DNA from: Glaucostegus cemiculus
Lineage: Eukaryota
Assembly: GCA_976551045.1 (NCBI GenBank)
Contig: CDPCPM010000013.1
Span: 14,136,001 to 14,200,000 of the forward strand
DNA length: 64,000 nt
Direction of reading: 5' to 3'
A program made the translations under genes and the position numbers. Under the pieces are notes generated by a model. That model was not told the origin of the DNA, did not search any database, and saw nothing but the letters and a program-made list of their open reading frames with translations. Position 1 is the first letter of the stretch. The number at the start of each line of letters is the position of its first letter. Of this stretch, positions 1-12,362 are shown in pieces.

Positions 1-954
1 TGTGTGATATACTGGATCTCATTTTGGGCAAAGCCCTGAATAGGAAAATTCTCTGAACTGGTTACCCCATCTCACCAAAACAAGTAAAAATTTACCCTCT
101 CACAATCTTTTTAAAGCTTTTCAGAATATACCTTCTTCCTTCAGTGGGACTTTTGATGAAGAGCTGAAGGCTGCTTTTACTATTAAAGAAGCGGTCTAGT
201 CTGAAAGAACTTCTGGGTCCAGTGAATGAGAAAGCTGCACATTCACATACTCACATGTTGACTGTGCATTCGGAGGTTTGCACTCATGAGACCATAATTT
301 GTCTGTCCATTGATGTGAATGGTGAAACATTGTGAAATGGCATATATATATACCAATGTACTATCTACAGCAAATGCTGCTCTTGGTGCTTCCTTTAATG
401 TGCCACCTTTTAAAATGATAACAGGACAGTGGTAGCTCCTTAGCAATGAATAGCTAACACAACATGATTTCCTTACTTCTGGTTCCATTAAACATTGGGT
501 TTGGTTTATTCATCCCAAGGTTATAAAGGACTTTAAATCATCGATTGGCCATCAGAAGTATATTATTGGCTTAATGCAAACATTAAAAGTGATGTTCCAG
601 ATTATTGGAGGAAACTTTCATGCACATACACAGTAAATTAATATTAAACCTTTCTGAGTGAAATTCCCTTGAGTTTTGTAGTGGCATTGTCTTACCATTA
701 AGTTCAAAGTCCTTCAAAGATAGTTTCTCGCAGAATGAGGTAAATCCATGTTTTGAACTTTATCTTTAGCCCTGACCAGGTAATTCTTTCACTGTGTGAA
801 GCAGCAGTCGGAATGGAACAGAAAGACATGCACAAGCATCCAGAATTCTCAACCATTTCAGATCGTGTTCTTTTGACGCAGATTTTGGAATAGAGATTTT
901 TCAGGATAACCATTTACTCTGGGCCATAAAAATCAAATTGGATTCAGCACAGGT

Positions 955-1090
955 GAGTTCTGATGAAAGGTCTTTGGCCTGAAACATTAACTGTGTTTTT
1001 TCTTTTACTACACATTCTGCCTGATCTGCTGAGTGTTTCCAGCATCTCCTATTTTTGTTTTAGATTCCCACCATCTACAATTTTTTTTAA
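955..1090 (+). mobile_element. Penelope-like element (PLE) terminal-repeat fragment with hammerhead-ribozyme-like core
   Basis: ctgatgaaaggtctttggcctgaaacattaactgtg...ctgcctgatctgctgagtgtttccagcat matches the tail found next to the GIY-YIG remnant at 36.9-37.5 kb; CTGATGA at 960-966, GAAAC at 981-985. Confidence 0.75.
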
Positions 1091-1889
1091 TTTTGATTGC
1101 TGTAAAGTTAGTTTCTCTAAATCAAGTATAGTTGTACAGAATATTCCCTTATAATAGCAGGACATTTTTCAGTGAAAGTTCACTGAATATCAACTTTCTT
1201 TTGTACTGCTGGTAATATAATTTCCTTTGAGCGGTTGCATGGTAGAATATGCAGCTCATATACACTTAAGTTTTATTTTGCTCTTGCTTTTTCTTCCTGC
1301 CTGTTTTGTCTATCTCTCTTTTTTTTGATTCTTTATCAGGAAAGGGGGGGAAATCATGTTTTATCATCTCTCTATGCTAGACTTGGGTCGTGTGGGTGTA
1401 GAATTTTCTTCCTCTTTCCCTGGTGGTATTTCACGAGGCTGACGTGGGACAGGCAGGATGACAGTACATTTGAAATCCACAGGAATGGATCTCATCATCA
1501 TTAAACCACCTTAGGAGTTGCTGTCAAGAATCACATGTGAATACTGGTCAATCAGGATTTTCCAACAGTAAAAAAACTTACGGTGATGTGCAGCAAGTTA
1601 GTTGTGAAGAATTATTGAGTTCACCAGTGTGAGAGGACTGATGTACTGTCAGATTAGCACTTGGTTTGCGTTGGCATGGTGCCATGCTAATGTCGCCAGC
1701 TCCCAGCATGTGAGTTTTGTACAGGCAGTAACTAAATCAGAGTAAATGAAATGGATTTACTAATGTTGGAAGCTGAGGAGACGATGAAATGAAATCGGCT
1801 TCCAAACCATCAGCTCAGCAAATGCATTAAGTTTAGTGTCAAGATTCTGCCTTCTGTGTCATAGCCACTTATTGGGAGTCAGCAGTAGA

Positions 1890-2000
1890 AGAAGGAAAGT
1901 CTTGCATTTTATGTTGAGTGTTTTGCAACTCGGAATATCCCAAGCTCTTTAAAGCTGATGAAGTGCTCTTGAAGTGTAGTGGTTGTTGTAGTGCAAGATA
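1890..2000 (-). mobile_element. DeuSINE (SacSINE1-like) 3' tail fragment
   Basis: cttgcatttt...cccaagctcttt...gatgaagtgctcttgaagtgtagtggttgttgta is the reverse complement of the tail seen at 19680-19770 and 35670-35745. Confidence 0.55.
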
Positions 2001-3974
2001 ATTTGAAACCAGTGGAGAAGCAGCTACTGCCTTTAATACAAGAGTTTCAGCTGTGATATCAACTGGGGCATGTCTGTGTTCATTCAGCTTTTGTTGCCAT
2101 ATTCAGGTTCTTGATCAAATCGGTGCCATTCTTTCTAAGATATTGGAACTTCATTCATCCCTCATCCGGGATAAGTCCACAGGACTGAAAATAAAATTCA
2201 ACAAGTACTGAAGTTTAATTCCTCTCAAAGATTGTGAAAATGTATTTTGCACTCAGGTGGAAATAAAAGTTCAATTTACAGGACAGAAGGTATAGTGCAG
2301 CCTGCCCTATTTTTTGCTGAACAATTAAACTCATTGCCTTGACTTTATGTAGCTCATTTTAAACATTTATCCAATTTTCCCTAAAATAATAAATTATCTG
2401 TCTCTGTTATATTCTATGGTCCTGTCTTAGCTAAAAATTCTCACTTCCGGCATCATCCTGTTGAATTCTAGCTAATCTCTATGACTTTAATGCCCCTCTA
2501 TAAAATTGCGCACAGTTTTCTTGTGTGATCTAACCAGAGTTTTGTACAATTTGATCATAATTTTGCTCATGTAATCCTATATCCAAACCTAATTTTGCAT
2601 TTGTTTCTCTTTGCTAAACTGCACTCGTATTTTGAACTTGAACTTCTGAATCTCTCTGTTCATCCATACCCTACAGTATTTTTCCATCGAATAGTTACGT
2701 TAATTATGAATTAACCAATATATTCATATAAAGTTTAACTTTGAGTCAGTGACAGATCAGTCCTAATATCAAGAGGTTGTTGCACCTTTAGTATTGGCAC
2801 TGACAATATTTAAATTGCCAGAGTGAAGGTCAGAATGTGCTGTTACCTACAGTAATCCTGGTCAGAAACAAGTGGATTTTTCAGTCAAATACAAGTACGT
2901 CTAACATCAAATGTTGCCAGGTGAAGCTCACAGTCACCTTTTATAGGCTTTCCCTGGAATATTTTTGAGTGTTCTTCTCTGGCATTCTTTTCTTTAAACT
3001 TGCATGTGAAAATATTTGGGAAGCTTTCTAAGAAGTAGCTTGACAAACTAGTTTTCCAACCCACACATTGCTTACGTCATGTAATAAAATCTGCCTCTAA
3101 CCTAAATATAGAGCTGTTTCAGTGAAAAGACTGAAAAGTCTGGCTTTTTTTGTGATTGAGATAACTCTGTCGGCTGATGAGGCTGAGATTTTTGCAACAA
3201 AGGTCAAAACTGACAAATAATACTTATGTCCTCCTTTCTGAGATTGTGAATCTGTACTATTTACTGTTTCACAGGAAATTTCCCAGCAATATAAATGATA
3301 TACTTGATTATTCAGAAGTTTTGCCATTGCCCTCAAGTTTTGAATTTGGTGAATAAAACCAAAGACTTGAGGGTATTAATGTGCCAATGAAAGTCTGAGC
3401 TTTTAAACTTTAAAATATAATCCTCCAGGCCATCCAAACAATGGTTTATATTACCAGGTGAGACACAGCAATGTTTAATTGGTTCCACCCTTGGTCTGCA
3501 CCCTTTTCTTCTATGGTAATTCTTTTGTGTCTCTACCAGATTGTCTTTTTTTTTAAGACAATGTGATTAAAGTAATAAAAGATTGATTGCTTCACCTCCC
3601 TGTCAGTTCTGTAGGATGCATTGCTTACAGTTCTGATATATGCCACTGCTGTAGTTTTACTAACAGTATTTGCAGCAGAGAAAACCATCATGTTTAACAT
3701 TGCAATCTTAGTTGATTTCAGGCTCTGCTAGAACCTCTTTTTTTTAAACTGGTTCTGTCTAGTTGGCAACCCTGTTAAGTCCCAACAGGTTTATTATTGG
3801 GCTGCAGGCCACACATTATACCACCTACCAGGAATAGTGAAACCGGGTCATGTCTTGCACCAATAGTGTCACTTTTGATTCTGCGACATGGGGTAAACCC
3901 CAATGACTGTTTAGCTACATGGTCAACAATAGCACCATCAACCATAGGCTTTTTGTTCACCTTTCGACGAAGGA

Positions 3975-4135
3975 AAAGGTCTTGAGGCGCTTCGCAAGAA
4001 TATTCATGGACAAAATGTGACACCGAACCAAACAGAGGGAACATTTAGGACAGGTGATTAAAAGCTTACTCAAAGGGGTATATTTTTAAGAGTATCTCAA
4101 AGGGAGAAAGAGAGAGTTTTGGTGAGCCTTTAAGC
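3975..4135 (-). mobile_element. L2 LINE 3' fragment, decayed
   Basis: ggacaggtgattaaaagcttactcaaagggg...gggagaaagagagag resembles the L2 3' end at 43.9-44.1 kb. Confidence 0.45.
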
Positions 4136-4304
4136 CTAATCTCTGCTTGTCCAAAGAATCAATGGACAGTACAATAATCTACGCATTATATTGATTACTG
4201 TTTACAAGGACCTTTACCACAGTTTGGCTTACACTGCAACAGATGTAGATGTCTGAAACCCTCCTCTTCCCCTTCCAATAAGGCATGTTTACCAACTTCC
4301 TTCA

Positions 4305-4450
4305 GCAAAATACTAGATGTTAGACGAATGAGGAAAATATTGGAAAGATCAGCATCAAGCTGATGAAAGGTTAGTGACATTGAAACATTAACTCTGTTCC
4401 TTCCTCTACAGGTGCTGCCTGATCTGCTCTCTTCCTTGTTTTCTGTTCGT
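4305..4450 (+). mobile_element. PLE-derived short element with hammerhead-like core
   Basis: ctgatgaaaggttagtgacattgaaacattaactctg...ggtgctgcctgatctgct; CTGATGA at 4360, GAAAC at 4382. Confidence 0.6.
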
Positions 4451-4620
4451 TTTCAATAAATTTCAATGATGCCCTTCACCAGTTATTTATGGTGGAGAAA
4501 CAGCTATTCTCAACAACCTGAGCCTAAGTAGACGATAAGGTGTGGTCTAGGAATTAAAAACTGTGGAGACATGTAGGAGTTGGGAAACTATGGGAAAAAG
4601 CAAGGATGCAAAGTTGGTAT

Positions 4621-5452
4621 TGTTACGAAGTAGCTTACTATAGGCAAATATCCCTTTAAGATGGGACATTGTGTGTGTGTGCGCAATGTATTATGTCGAC
4701 AGAAGATAAGATGAACGTGATGAGGTCATTAAGAGAAAAAAGAGAAAAAGAGGACAGATAGACAAACCGACAAAGAGAGAGAGGAAGGAGAGACGGCAGC
4801 TTGTTTTGTTTCTGTCGATGGATGAAGGACAGTAACTGTGCTTGTCACTAAAATCCATGGATAGATTTCTGGAGTAGTCCAGTGGAGTTCACTTTGTCAG
4901 TAACCTGTAGAGGAACACAGGTGTTTGCGTGGATGACCACATTTTGGATGCTCTTCAGAGTGGCAGATACTGTGGAACAAAGTGATGGAATTTGCTTTGC
5001 TGCTAACCTGTAGAAGAACACAGGTATTTGCATGGACAGTCACGATCCAGGAGTTTTCAGGGTGAGAAAGTCACTACCGAGTTAGCCCTGAAGTGTCGTT
5101 TGAGCTCTGAGTGGAACATTCGGATTTCGTGATTCCTCTCTAAGCCCTCTCTATATCTATGTTTTGTCTTCGGTGGACGATGCTTGTGAAGAAGCCTTTA
5201 TTCGTGTTTTATCTTACGGCTTACTGAACTGAACTTTAGGAACCAATTCCTGGACTTGGAGTTTAGGAATTTGCCATACACACACGACGAGTAGTTTTTG
5301 GGGTTATAGTTTAATATTCTAATATTTTGTTTTGTACTAATATACTAACTTTTTATTCTTATTTTACGTATTATCGGATGTAGTTATTAATAAAGTAGTT
5401 TTAACACTGAAGTACGACTTGGTGTGCTTCTTTTGTTGCTGGTTTCGTAACA
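4621..5452 (+). mobile_element. Solo LTR (Gypsy/Ty3-type), 832 bp, relatively young
   Basis: TG...CA ends with a perfect 9-bp inverted repeat TGTTACGAA/TTCGTAACA; 4-bp TSD GTAT at 4617-4620 and 5453-5456; AATAAA at 5389-5394; CpGs retained; internal direct repeat taacctgtaga.gaacacaggt at ~4901 and ~5004. Confidence 0.9.
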
Positions 5453-6344
5453 GTATCCAGTCACAGCTGGGTTGCCTGTTTTATGAAATATACAGTTATC
5501 AACAGAAATGTGTCCAAAGTATGTAAGGACAATAACTGTTGCTTTGATTTGTTTTAAATCCTCAAATTTCTGGGCCATATTTCTTAATTTGACAACATTG
5601 GGATTAACTGTTTGATATTTGTTTAGAAAATGAATTGTACCCATTTTCGGTCTGCTTAAATATGGCTGCCTTTAATGCTAATACCAATTAGGTCTTTTCC
5701 AAATAAATTCACAAATTGGCTAAATCCAGTTTAAACTGGTATTTGTACCCAGCAACAAAATGGGTCCAACACAATTCCTACAGGGACATTTCCCAAAGCT
5801 TTGTCAGATGCATTGATTATCAGAGAGATGTATGTAGGATGTTGTGTCTCTGTGAGAGTAGGTTCATTGCTGATGGTGTTTGTCTTTGCTGTGTCTGCTC
5901 GGATTAGGGATTTCTGACAGGAGACAAAGATCAATTGTGTTGGAAGTTCATGTGGGTCCTGCTGAATTAGACAGGGCAAAGTAGTTCAGGATTTCCATTT
6001 CTAATTTCTAACCAGTTAGCCCTGTCAGAAGTGTGCTTCTATCATATTGGTTTATGACAGAATTGGGCTACACTAATGAACCCTATGGTCTCTTGGCCCT
6101 CACTTAAGAATCATGGTTTCTTGGGTGAGAGAGTGCAGGGTACTGACCATATCTGAGCACCACTGCAAGGTCAATATCTTGAGGAAGTCGGGTATAAAAA
6201 TTGGCAGAAAGAAAGAAATGTGTTGAATTGTGAATGAACACAGTTGTATGTAAAGGCTGTATGTAGAAGGGGATTGCCATTTTCACTTAAGTATTCCCAT
6301 TTCAGGTTTTACTTCCACTTCTTCCCAGAACTGTCTTTCTTTTT

Positions 6345-6597
6345 TTAAAATTTTATTTACAGCATAGTAACAGGCCCTTTCGGCCCAACGAGTTCACACC
6401 ACCCATTTTTTTTAAACCACCAAATTAATCTACCCGTACATCTTTTTTAGAATGTGGGAGGAAACCGGAGCACCCAGAAGAAACCCACGCAGACACGGGA
6501 GAACGTACAAACTCCTTACAGTCAGCGACGGGAATCGAAACCCGATCGCTGGCGCTGTAACAGCGTTGCGCTAACTGCTACGCTATTGTGCCACCCG
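6345..6597 (-). mobile_element. HE1-like tRNA-derived V-SINE with CR1/HER1-type tail
   Basis: Reverse strand shows a tRNA-like head (tagcgtagcagttagcgc...gtttcgattccc), V-domain (gtctgcgtgggtttc...gggtgctccggtttcctcccaca) and tail gttgggccgaaagggcctgtt; CpG-rich, so young. Confidence 0.9.
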
Positions 6598-6859
6598 ATA
6601 TTCTCATGAAGAAAATTTAAAGATAAACATTGTTGTAAATTATTTATTAACAAAATCAAATTCAGGCATATACTGAGTGTACATAGTACAAACAAGGGTA
6701 ATTAACTAGAGATTTTATTATTGTTCAACAACTTCAATTGTTCAGTTTTTATTCACCGTATGGGTAACGTTTACAGGAATGTCCAGATAAAGTAACGTGC
6801 ATATAAACTAGCAAGTGAATTATGTTTGGTAAGAAGAGGGGTCAGTTCTGTCAATAGTA

Positions 6860-7170
6860 TGTAAGAATTAGGAGGGGAGTAGGCCATTCGGCTCTGAGTC
6901 ATTGACCATTCCCACCTCCCTCCAGAAGTCTGTCACCCCCTTAAATATTAAGAATTTATCTCTGGCTTAAAAATATTCAAAGACTCTGCTTCCACCATCT
7001 TTTGAAAAAGAGACTTGCAATGACTTGCTACCCTCTGAGGGAAAAGATTCTGCATCCTTTCTGTCTCAAATAGGCGACCCCCTATTTTTAAACTAGGACC
7101 CTTAGTTCTAAATCCTCCCACAAGAGGAAGCATCCTCACCACATCCACCCTGTCAAGACCCCTCAGGATA
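6860..7170 (-). mobile_element. CR1/HER1 LINE 3' end
   Basis: ORF 6948-7148 (PLVGGFRTKGPSLKIGGRLFETERMQNLFPQRV...VEAESLNIFKPEIN) is the CR1 ORF2 C-terminus; 3'UTR gagtaggccattcggc. Confidence 0.85.
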
Positions 7171-9489
7171 AAACATGAAATAAAACATCACCAGTTGTTG
7201 AATTATTAGACGTAATTAATGTAGAATGTTAAGATAGGTCCCCAGGTGTTCCTGGAGGATATCGCATCCAGCAATACTCTCATTTATCAAACTCTTGGGG
7301 GTGGGTCTGGGAAAAGCAGGAGGAAACTGACAGCCAAAATATTAAGAAGTTTCCTTTCAATGTAATCTCCAATCAAGTACTTAACGAATGTGGAGGTTCT
7401 TTAGGCGCCTGTCAGATTAATGTCATCCTGCGATATTCAAAGTGGCAAGGAGGTAGACTTAAGCAGGAGGCTGTGCTGATATTAGCTGCAGTCTGCATTG
7501 ACACAGAGTAATTACTGCTAGTCCATGAAGCCAGCCTGCTCTAAAATACTTTGCTTAGCTGAACGGATGGAACCATTGTGGGTCAAACAATTGTTTGCAA
7601 CTTGGATGAATGTGATGTTGTCATGGAAAAGCTGAAGACTTAAGGGAGGCTGTGTTTCCTTGGGAAACATGCCAACCTTGGTATGATTTACAGCTTGGTG
7701 ACTGCAGTATTATTAAAGGGAAACAAGTTATGGGAAAGGTAATTTAATTCAGCCAAGAAGAGAGTATACCTTTAATCATGCCCTAGGAGAATGTGTGGTG
7801 CTTACTGACCAGATTTTTAGAGCTTGAAAAATCAGTCTATGCTGTTCCTGTACCGAAGTAGGTGTGATCTTGGAAGCAGGTCATGTTTGAATGTATACAG
7901 TTATGGTAAAGATTTTTTAATCAGTTTTTAATTTTGGCTGTGCATTTTCTGGAAATTAAGTTCTTTGTTTTTGTCTTTTTTAATTTTTGTTTTCATTTTT
8001 AATTTCAATTTTGTTTTTAATTTTCTTTACACCCTCACTATTTCAGTCCTGCCATCTATGAGGAATAATTCTGAAATACTTTGACACAGGAAACAATGAT
8101 TTTGAAATTATGTCCAGTAATGATGACAGCACTCATGTCTGCATCCTAACTAATGAAATGCACATACAAAATATACCTAAAAGCAGCATTGCATCTTAAA
8201 TGCAGTTAGTTAACATTAATATTTGACCAAGGATCTTGGACTAAGCACACTACAGGCAGCAGCTGAAGAGAAAAATTAGACCACATTTTATTTTGAGTGA
8301 AGGCTGACTAATGGTTTAACAATTTAAACATTTGATTTTACATTCATAATTTTCAACCACAAATGGCAAAATGATTTTTGTGAATTTTCTAATGCAATGT
8401 CAAATAGGCCAGAGGCACCTGATGTCATGTTGGACATACAACATATGAATCAGGAGTAAGAATGGGCCATCTACTCTTACACTAATCTACTCTTTAAATC
8501 TATTTTTAAAGAGCTTTATTCTTCCATAATTGAATAGTATCTGAACAATTATAAATATGGTATCCTGTTTCTTTAAATTTAGTGGAGAATGTTACTGCAG
8601 TCCTGCAACTTACCAATGTAATCCTCTGCCTTTGATACTTAGGCTGCAAGTAATTTTTCAGACTTTGTAAGAAAGGCAGCATTTTTTCTGTTGTAAAACT
8701 TCCCATAATAGAGCAATAAGAAGTTCAGATTTGCCAAGTCAGATTTGATTATACATAAATGCTTTGGGAATGCATCAGTCAAGAGATATGTGATTTAGAC
8801 CGTATCAACCTGTTATTTAGGTAATAAAATATTGTTCAACTTTTCAACAGACTATCCAAGTGGGTCAAGCCATAAAGAGAGGTGCAATTTTGATAAATTT
8901 GGGGCTGAATGGGGAGCAGAATGCAGATGTGGTGGGTGAGGGCACAGAGAAACGGGAGCCATCCAGTGACTGGGTGTTAATTTTATCAATGCACTTTCAC
9001 ATGTTCAGAAGCAGCTTTAAAGTAGGCTGTAATGGGGCACAGAAGGGATGAAGGTTAACTGTGTTTGGTTGCAGACATGATATGATTATGTGAAGGTCAT
9101 TCTGTGCCTGTACTTCATAGCTTTATCCATCATGAATGTTTACATAGTGATGTTCATTGTTATTGCTGATGTAATAATCATTATACAGAAGTTATGACAT
9201 CTGGGAGTAAGACATGCAATTGCAGATATTTAATAATTATATTCACATATTGAGAAATGAATGGAATGATTGAAAAATAGGTAAAATAATTGGATTTCAG
9301 GTTAAAAGAACACTGTTGATTGGCTTTTGGGGTTTATAATGTCTCTTTAACCACATACTGAAGTCACACATGTATATTCCTTATTATTTGTAAAATCTTC
9401 CATAAAAGGAACATTCTGGCTTGTAAAACATAGCATTAAATTAAAATGAAAGGTACAGGTATACAAATCAGTGGTGGGAAATTGATTTA

Positions 9490-9660
9490 CATGGTTGTCA
9501 GCCAGGACAAGGTCAGACTTGGCAATGAGTCTCCTGCAGTGGAATACCCTGTGAGCATTCAATGTGTCTGGTTTAACCTGCTGATTAGCCTCTTGGGAAG
9601 GCTACCCGATGGTTGTTGGCATTTCTGATATCATGACAGAAAGACTCGGTGTTCTTAAGG
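9490..9660 (+). mobile_element. Ancient SINE fragment (family uncertain; related to 11810-12125 and 34040-34260)
   Basis: aggacaaggtcagacttggcaatga...gtggaataccctg resembles a remembered elasmobranch SINE consensus; highly decayed. Confidence 0.3.
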
Positions 9661-9764
9661 TAGATATAAAAGTTGGAAAAGTGATAAAATATGTATCTTG
9701 TGGGGTCAAATTAAAGTAAATTGGAATATGCACATTTCAATATCATTTCATCCAGAAGCAAAAA

Positions 9765-10020
9765 AAACCCAGCAAATACTGGAAACCTGAAAGAAAAACT
9801 AGATGATGGAAGTGCTCAAGCAGGTTACTGCGGGGAGAGGCATTCTCTTCCGGGAAACCCACCTTGAAGAGGCTCTGCTCCTCTCTCCAGTTGGAATCTC
9901 AATTGTCACTTTTACATTGGGGTTTTGATGAAAGGTTATCAACCTGAAATTTTTCTCTCTCCACAGCTGCTGCCTGACTTGTGGAGTGTTTCTGGCATTT
10001 TCTGCTTTTATTTTAAATAC
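9765..10020. mobile_element. Fold-back PLE-derived mini-element
   Basis: Left arm aaatactggaaacctgaaagaaaaac...gcaggtta is the reverse complement of the PLE tail; right arm ttgatgaaaggttatcaacctgaaa...ctgctgcctgacttg...gcattttctg. Confidence 0.65.
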
Positions 10021-11809
10021 TGATTTGACTATCCCCCTCACTAGCTTTGCTGCCAACAGCACTGATATTATCAATGAAGGGTTATAACAGAAATAAGCCT
10101 GCAGTGTCAAATTATTCTTTTTCAAGTGGAAGTGGACCTGCTTTTGCTGACTGGTGTTAATGTTGTGGAACAGACAATAGAGAATTAGTAACATGATAAA
10201 ACAATTGTCTCTGAGCATGGTGTTTAATAATTCTTTAATGATCTCTCCATGTACATTGCCTGACATGTAAGGAAGCATGGCAATGTAAAATCAGCTTTCA
10301 GCCAAGAACTTCATGGAGTGGAACTCTGTGCTGCTTCATTTAAATTATGGCACCTGCACCTGATTTGGGGTGGCTGCAGGTAGCAGATGCTCAGTAACTG
10401 TGACGGCCACTTTTGGGTAGCCACCGTAAAAAATGTTGAAACAACTCTGCATTTTAAGTATAGGGTACATAATTTCATATTCTGAAAACAAAGGATTTGT
10501 TTAAAGATTTTCTTTCCTCAGTTATTCTGTTATAATACAAGAATACTTTGGTAATCTAGTTGCATGGATTGAGTGGAAATACCCTGTTTACAAACCTGTG
10601 TTCTGTGTCCATTGGTCTTTTCAGTATTCCTGTGCAGAGAAACAGTGATCGATATACACAATGGTGCTTCAACATGTCCATTTCAGGAGTGTGCTCAGTC
10701 ACTGAATCTTCTGCACACTGCTCTGAACTGTTCGAGGTGAAGTTAGGAGAACTTTGCATCACATAACTTTCGGTACCTTTCCAATGGCCTCCTGAATTCA
10801 ATTGTTATCAAGTTGAAACACCCCTGGCAGGGCAGATTATATGAACCACAGTTCTTTAATTCAATATTTTTTGCAGCACATTCAGTGAAAAAGATTGGAT
10901 TATGAGTAAACTGGTAAAATGCATTTTTTAAATGAGTTGAAGTGCCATTTAAAAGGGCCAGTGCATGCTTTAAAGTGACATAAGTATAGAATTACTGCAG
11001 GAACAAACAATAATATGCAATATTTGTCTGGTGGTTGGAGCAAAAAATCCACATTAAATATGCTAATTACGAATCTAATATAGTTGTTGAAATGTTTTCT
11101 CATGTGGATTCTGCTGGCATTGACTTTAGGGAGGAGTAACTAAGCATTCTGTACTGGTGATAAATCAAGTTCATGGAATCAGGAAGGTTAATTGCATTCT
11201 ACTGAAGATGTATTTATGGTAGCAAATATAAATCTAAACAGTGCCTCAGTGTGCCTGTTTTCTGAAGGAAAAACAGTTGCACTTTTTAATTTCCTCTTAG
11301 TTTTAATAACCTAAACCAGTTAACAGGCAAACTGTTGGGACCAAACAAACGTGCCCTTGTCAATCAGTATTATTCTCTCTCTCTGTTTAATGAAATTCGA
11401 CAGTTTCTTGCTCTCGGAGGCTAACTTTTATTTCAGCAAGGTTTTCCTCGATGGCTCAAAAGGGACAAAATGATAAAAGCTTTTGGTTGTTTTGTGCAAG
11501 TACATTACGTGAGTATTTTAAGTGTATTATACAGACATGCTTGATTTTTGATCTGTGCAAGGTTGGTTGAGCTCAGGTGGTATACCAGGCCAGGGGAGGG
11601 GCTGAGGGAGTACTGCATTTCACCTGTGTCTCTGAGCTTGGCTTTTCACTTGCAAGTTCCTTCCCAGTATGAATAGTTATCCTTGCCAAATGAAGGGCAG
11701 AATGGGTTAACATTTTTTACATTTGTTTCTTCGTTTTAATCCAGGATTGGAATGTAACCTGTGCAGTTTAGTTTCTTGTTTCCTCCTAAGAAAGTGGGAT
11801 TAAAACTAC

Positions 11810-12125
11810 CACCTTCCCCAAGCCATTTGTCTACTTCCATCTTCCGTGTTCACTGTCGCCTTCTGGTAGTGAGCTCATGAGGCTATCATTCATAGTTAAC
11901 ATAGTGTGGCTTTAGCACATGCTATCTGAGCCTAGTAGTCCATGTAGTATCACCAGGGGTTGCTAGAAAACTTGACTGAAAGATCTAAGATTATTCTCCC
12001 TCACACTATCTCGGTGAGCCATGGCCTGTTGCAGACCTCACCTGTTGGTTGTGCAGCCAACTCAGCGCAGACCAAAATGCAGTCATGCACTTTGTATTGG
12101 CTCAGTTACATACTGGAGGCCACAT
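11810..12125 (-). mobile_element. Ancient SINE (family uncertain)
   Basis: cagccaactcagcgcagacca...tgtattggctcagttacatactg is the reverse complement of the head seen at ~34050-34140. Confidence 0.35.
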
Positions 12126-12362
12126 GGGGGAATTTGTGTATTATTATTTATTAATCAAGTTTCAATAGCTGCAAATGGGATCTTATAAAATCCAACTCTG
12201 CTGAAAGAGATTTGAGCCATTAAGATAAGATAAAGTGGCTGCCTGTGCATCATTATGAATAACATTCTTTGGCTGGTCTGGACCAGGGGCTGTAGGTTTA
12301 CTTGGTTTTTTTTTATAAATTTCAACATGATATGCCAGGAAATGTTCATCTTAGACTGAAAT

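Noticed and set aside
1668-1693. Short hairpin cgttggcatgg-tg-ccatgctaatg as a pre-miRNA
   Set aside because: The stem is only ~11 bp with a 2-nt loop, too short for a miRNA precursor
6520-6597. tRNA-like sequence (also 24630-24703 and 30821-30880)
   Set aside because: These are SINE heads fused to the V-domain, not complete cloverleaf tRNA genes
9799-10278. 159-aa minus-strand ORF
   Set aside because: It runs through a PLE-derived repeat, with no recognisable domain
10625-10736. Possible + strand exon (IPVQRNSDRYTQWCFNMSISGVCSVTESSAHCSELFE)
   Set aside because: Weak donor (GAG|gtgaag) and unrecognised peptide; compatible with chance
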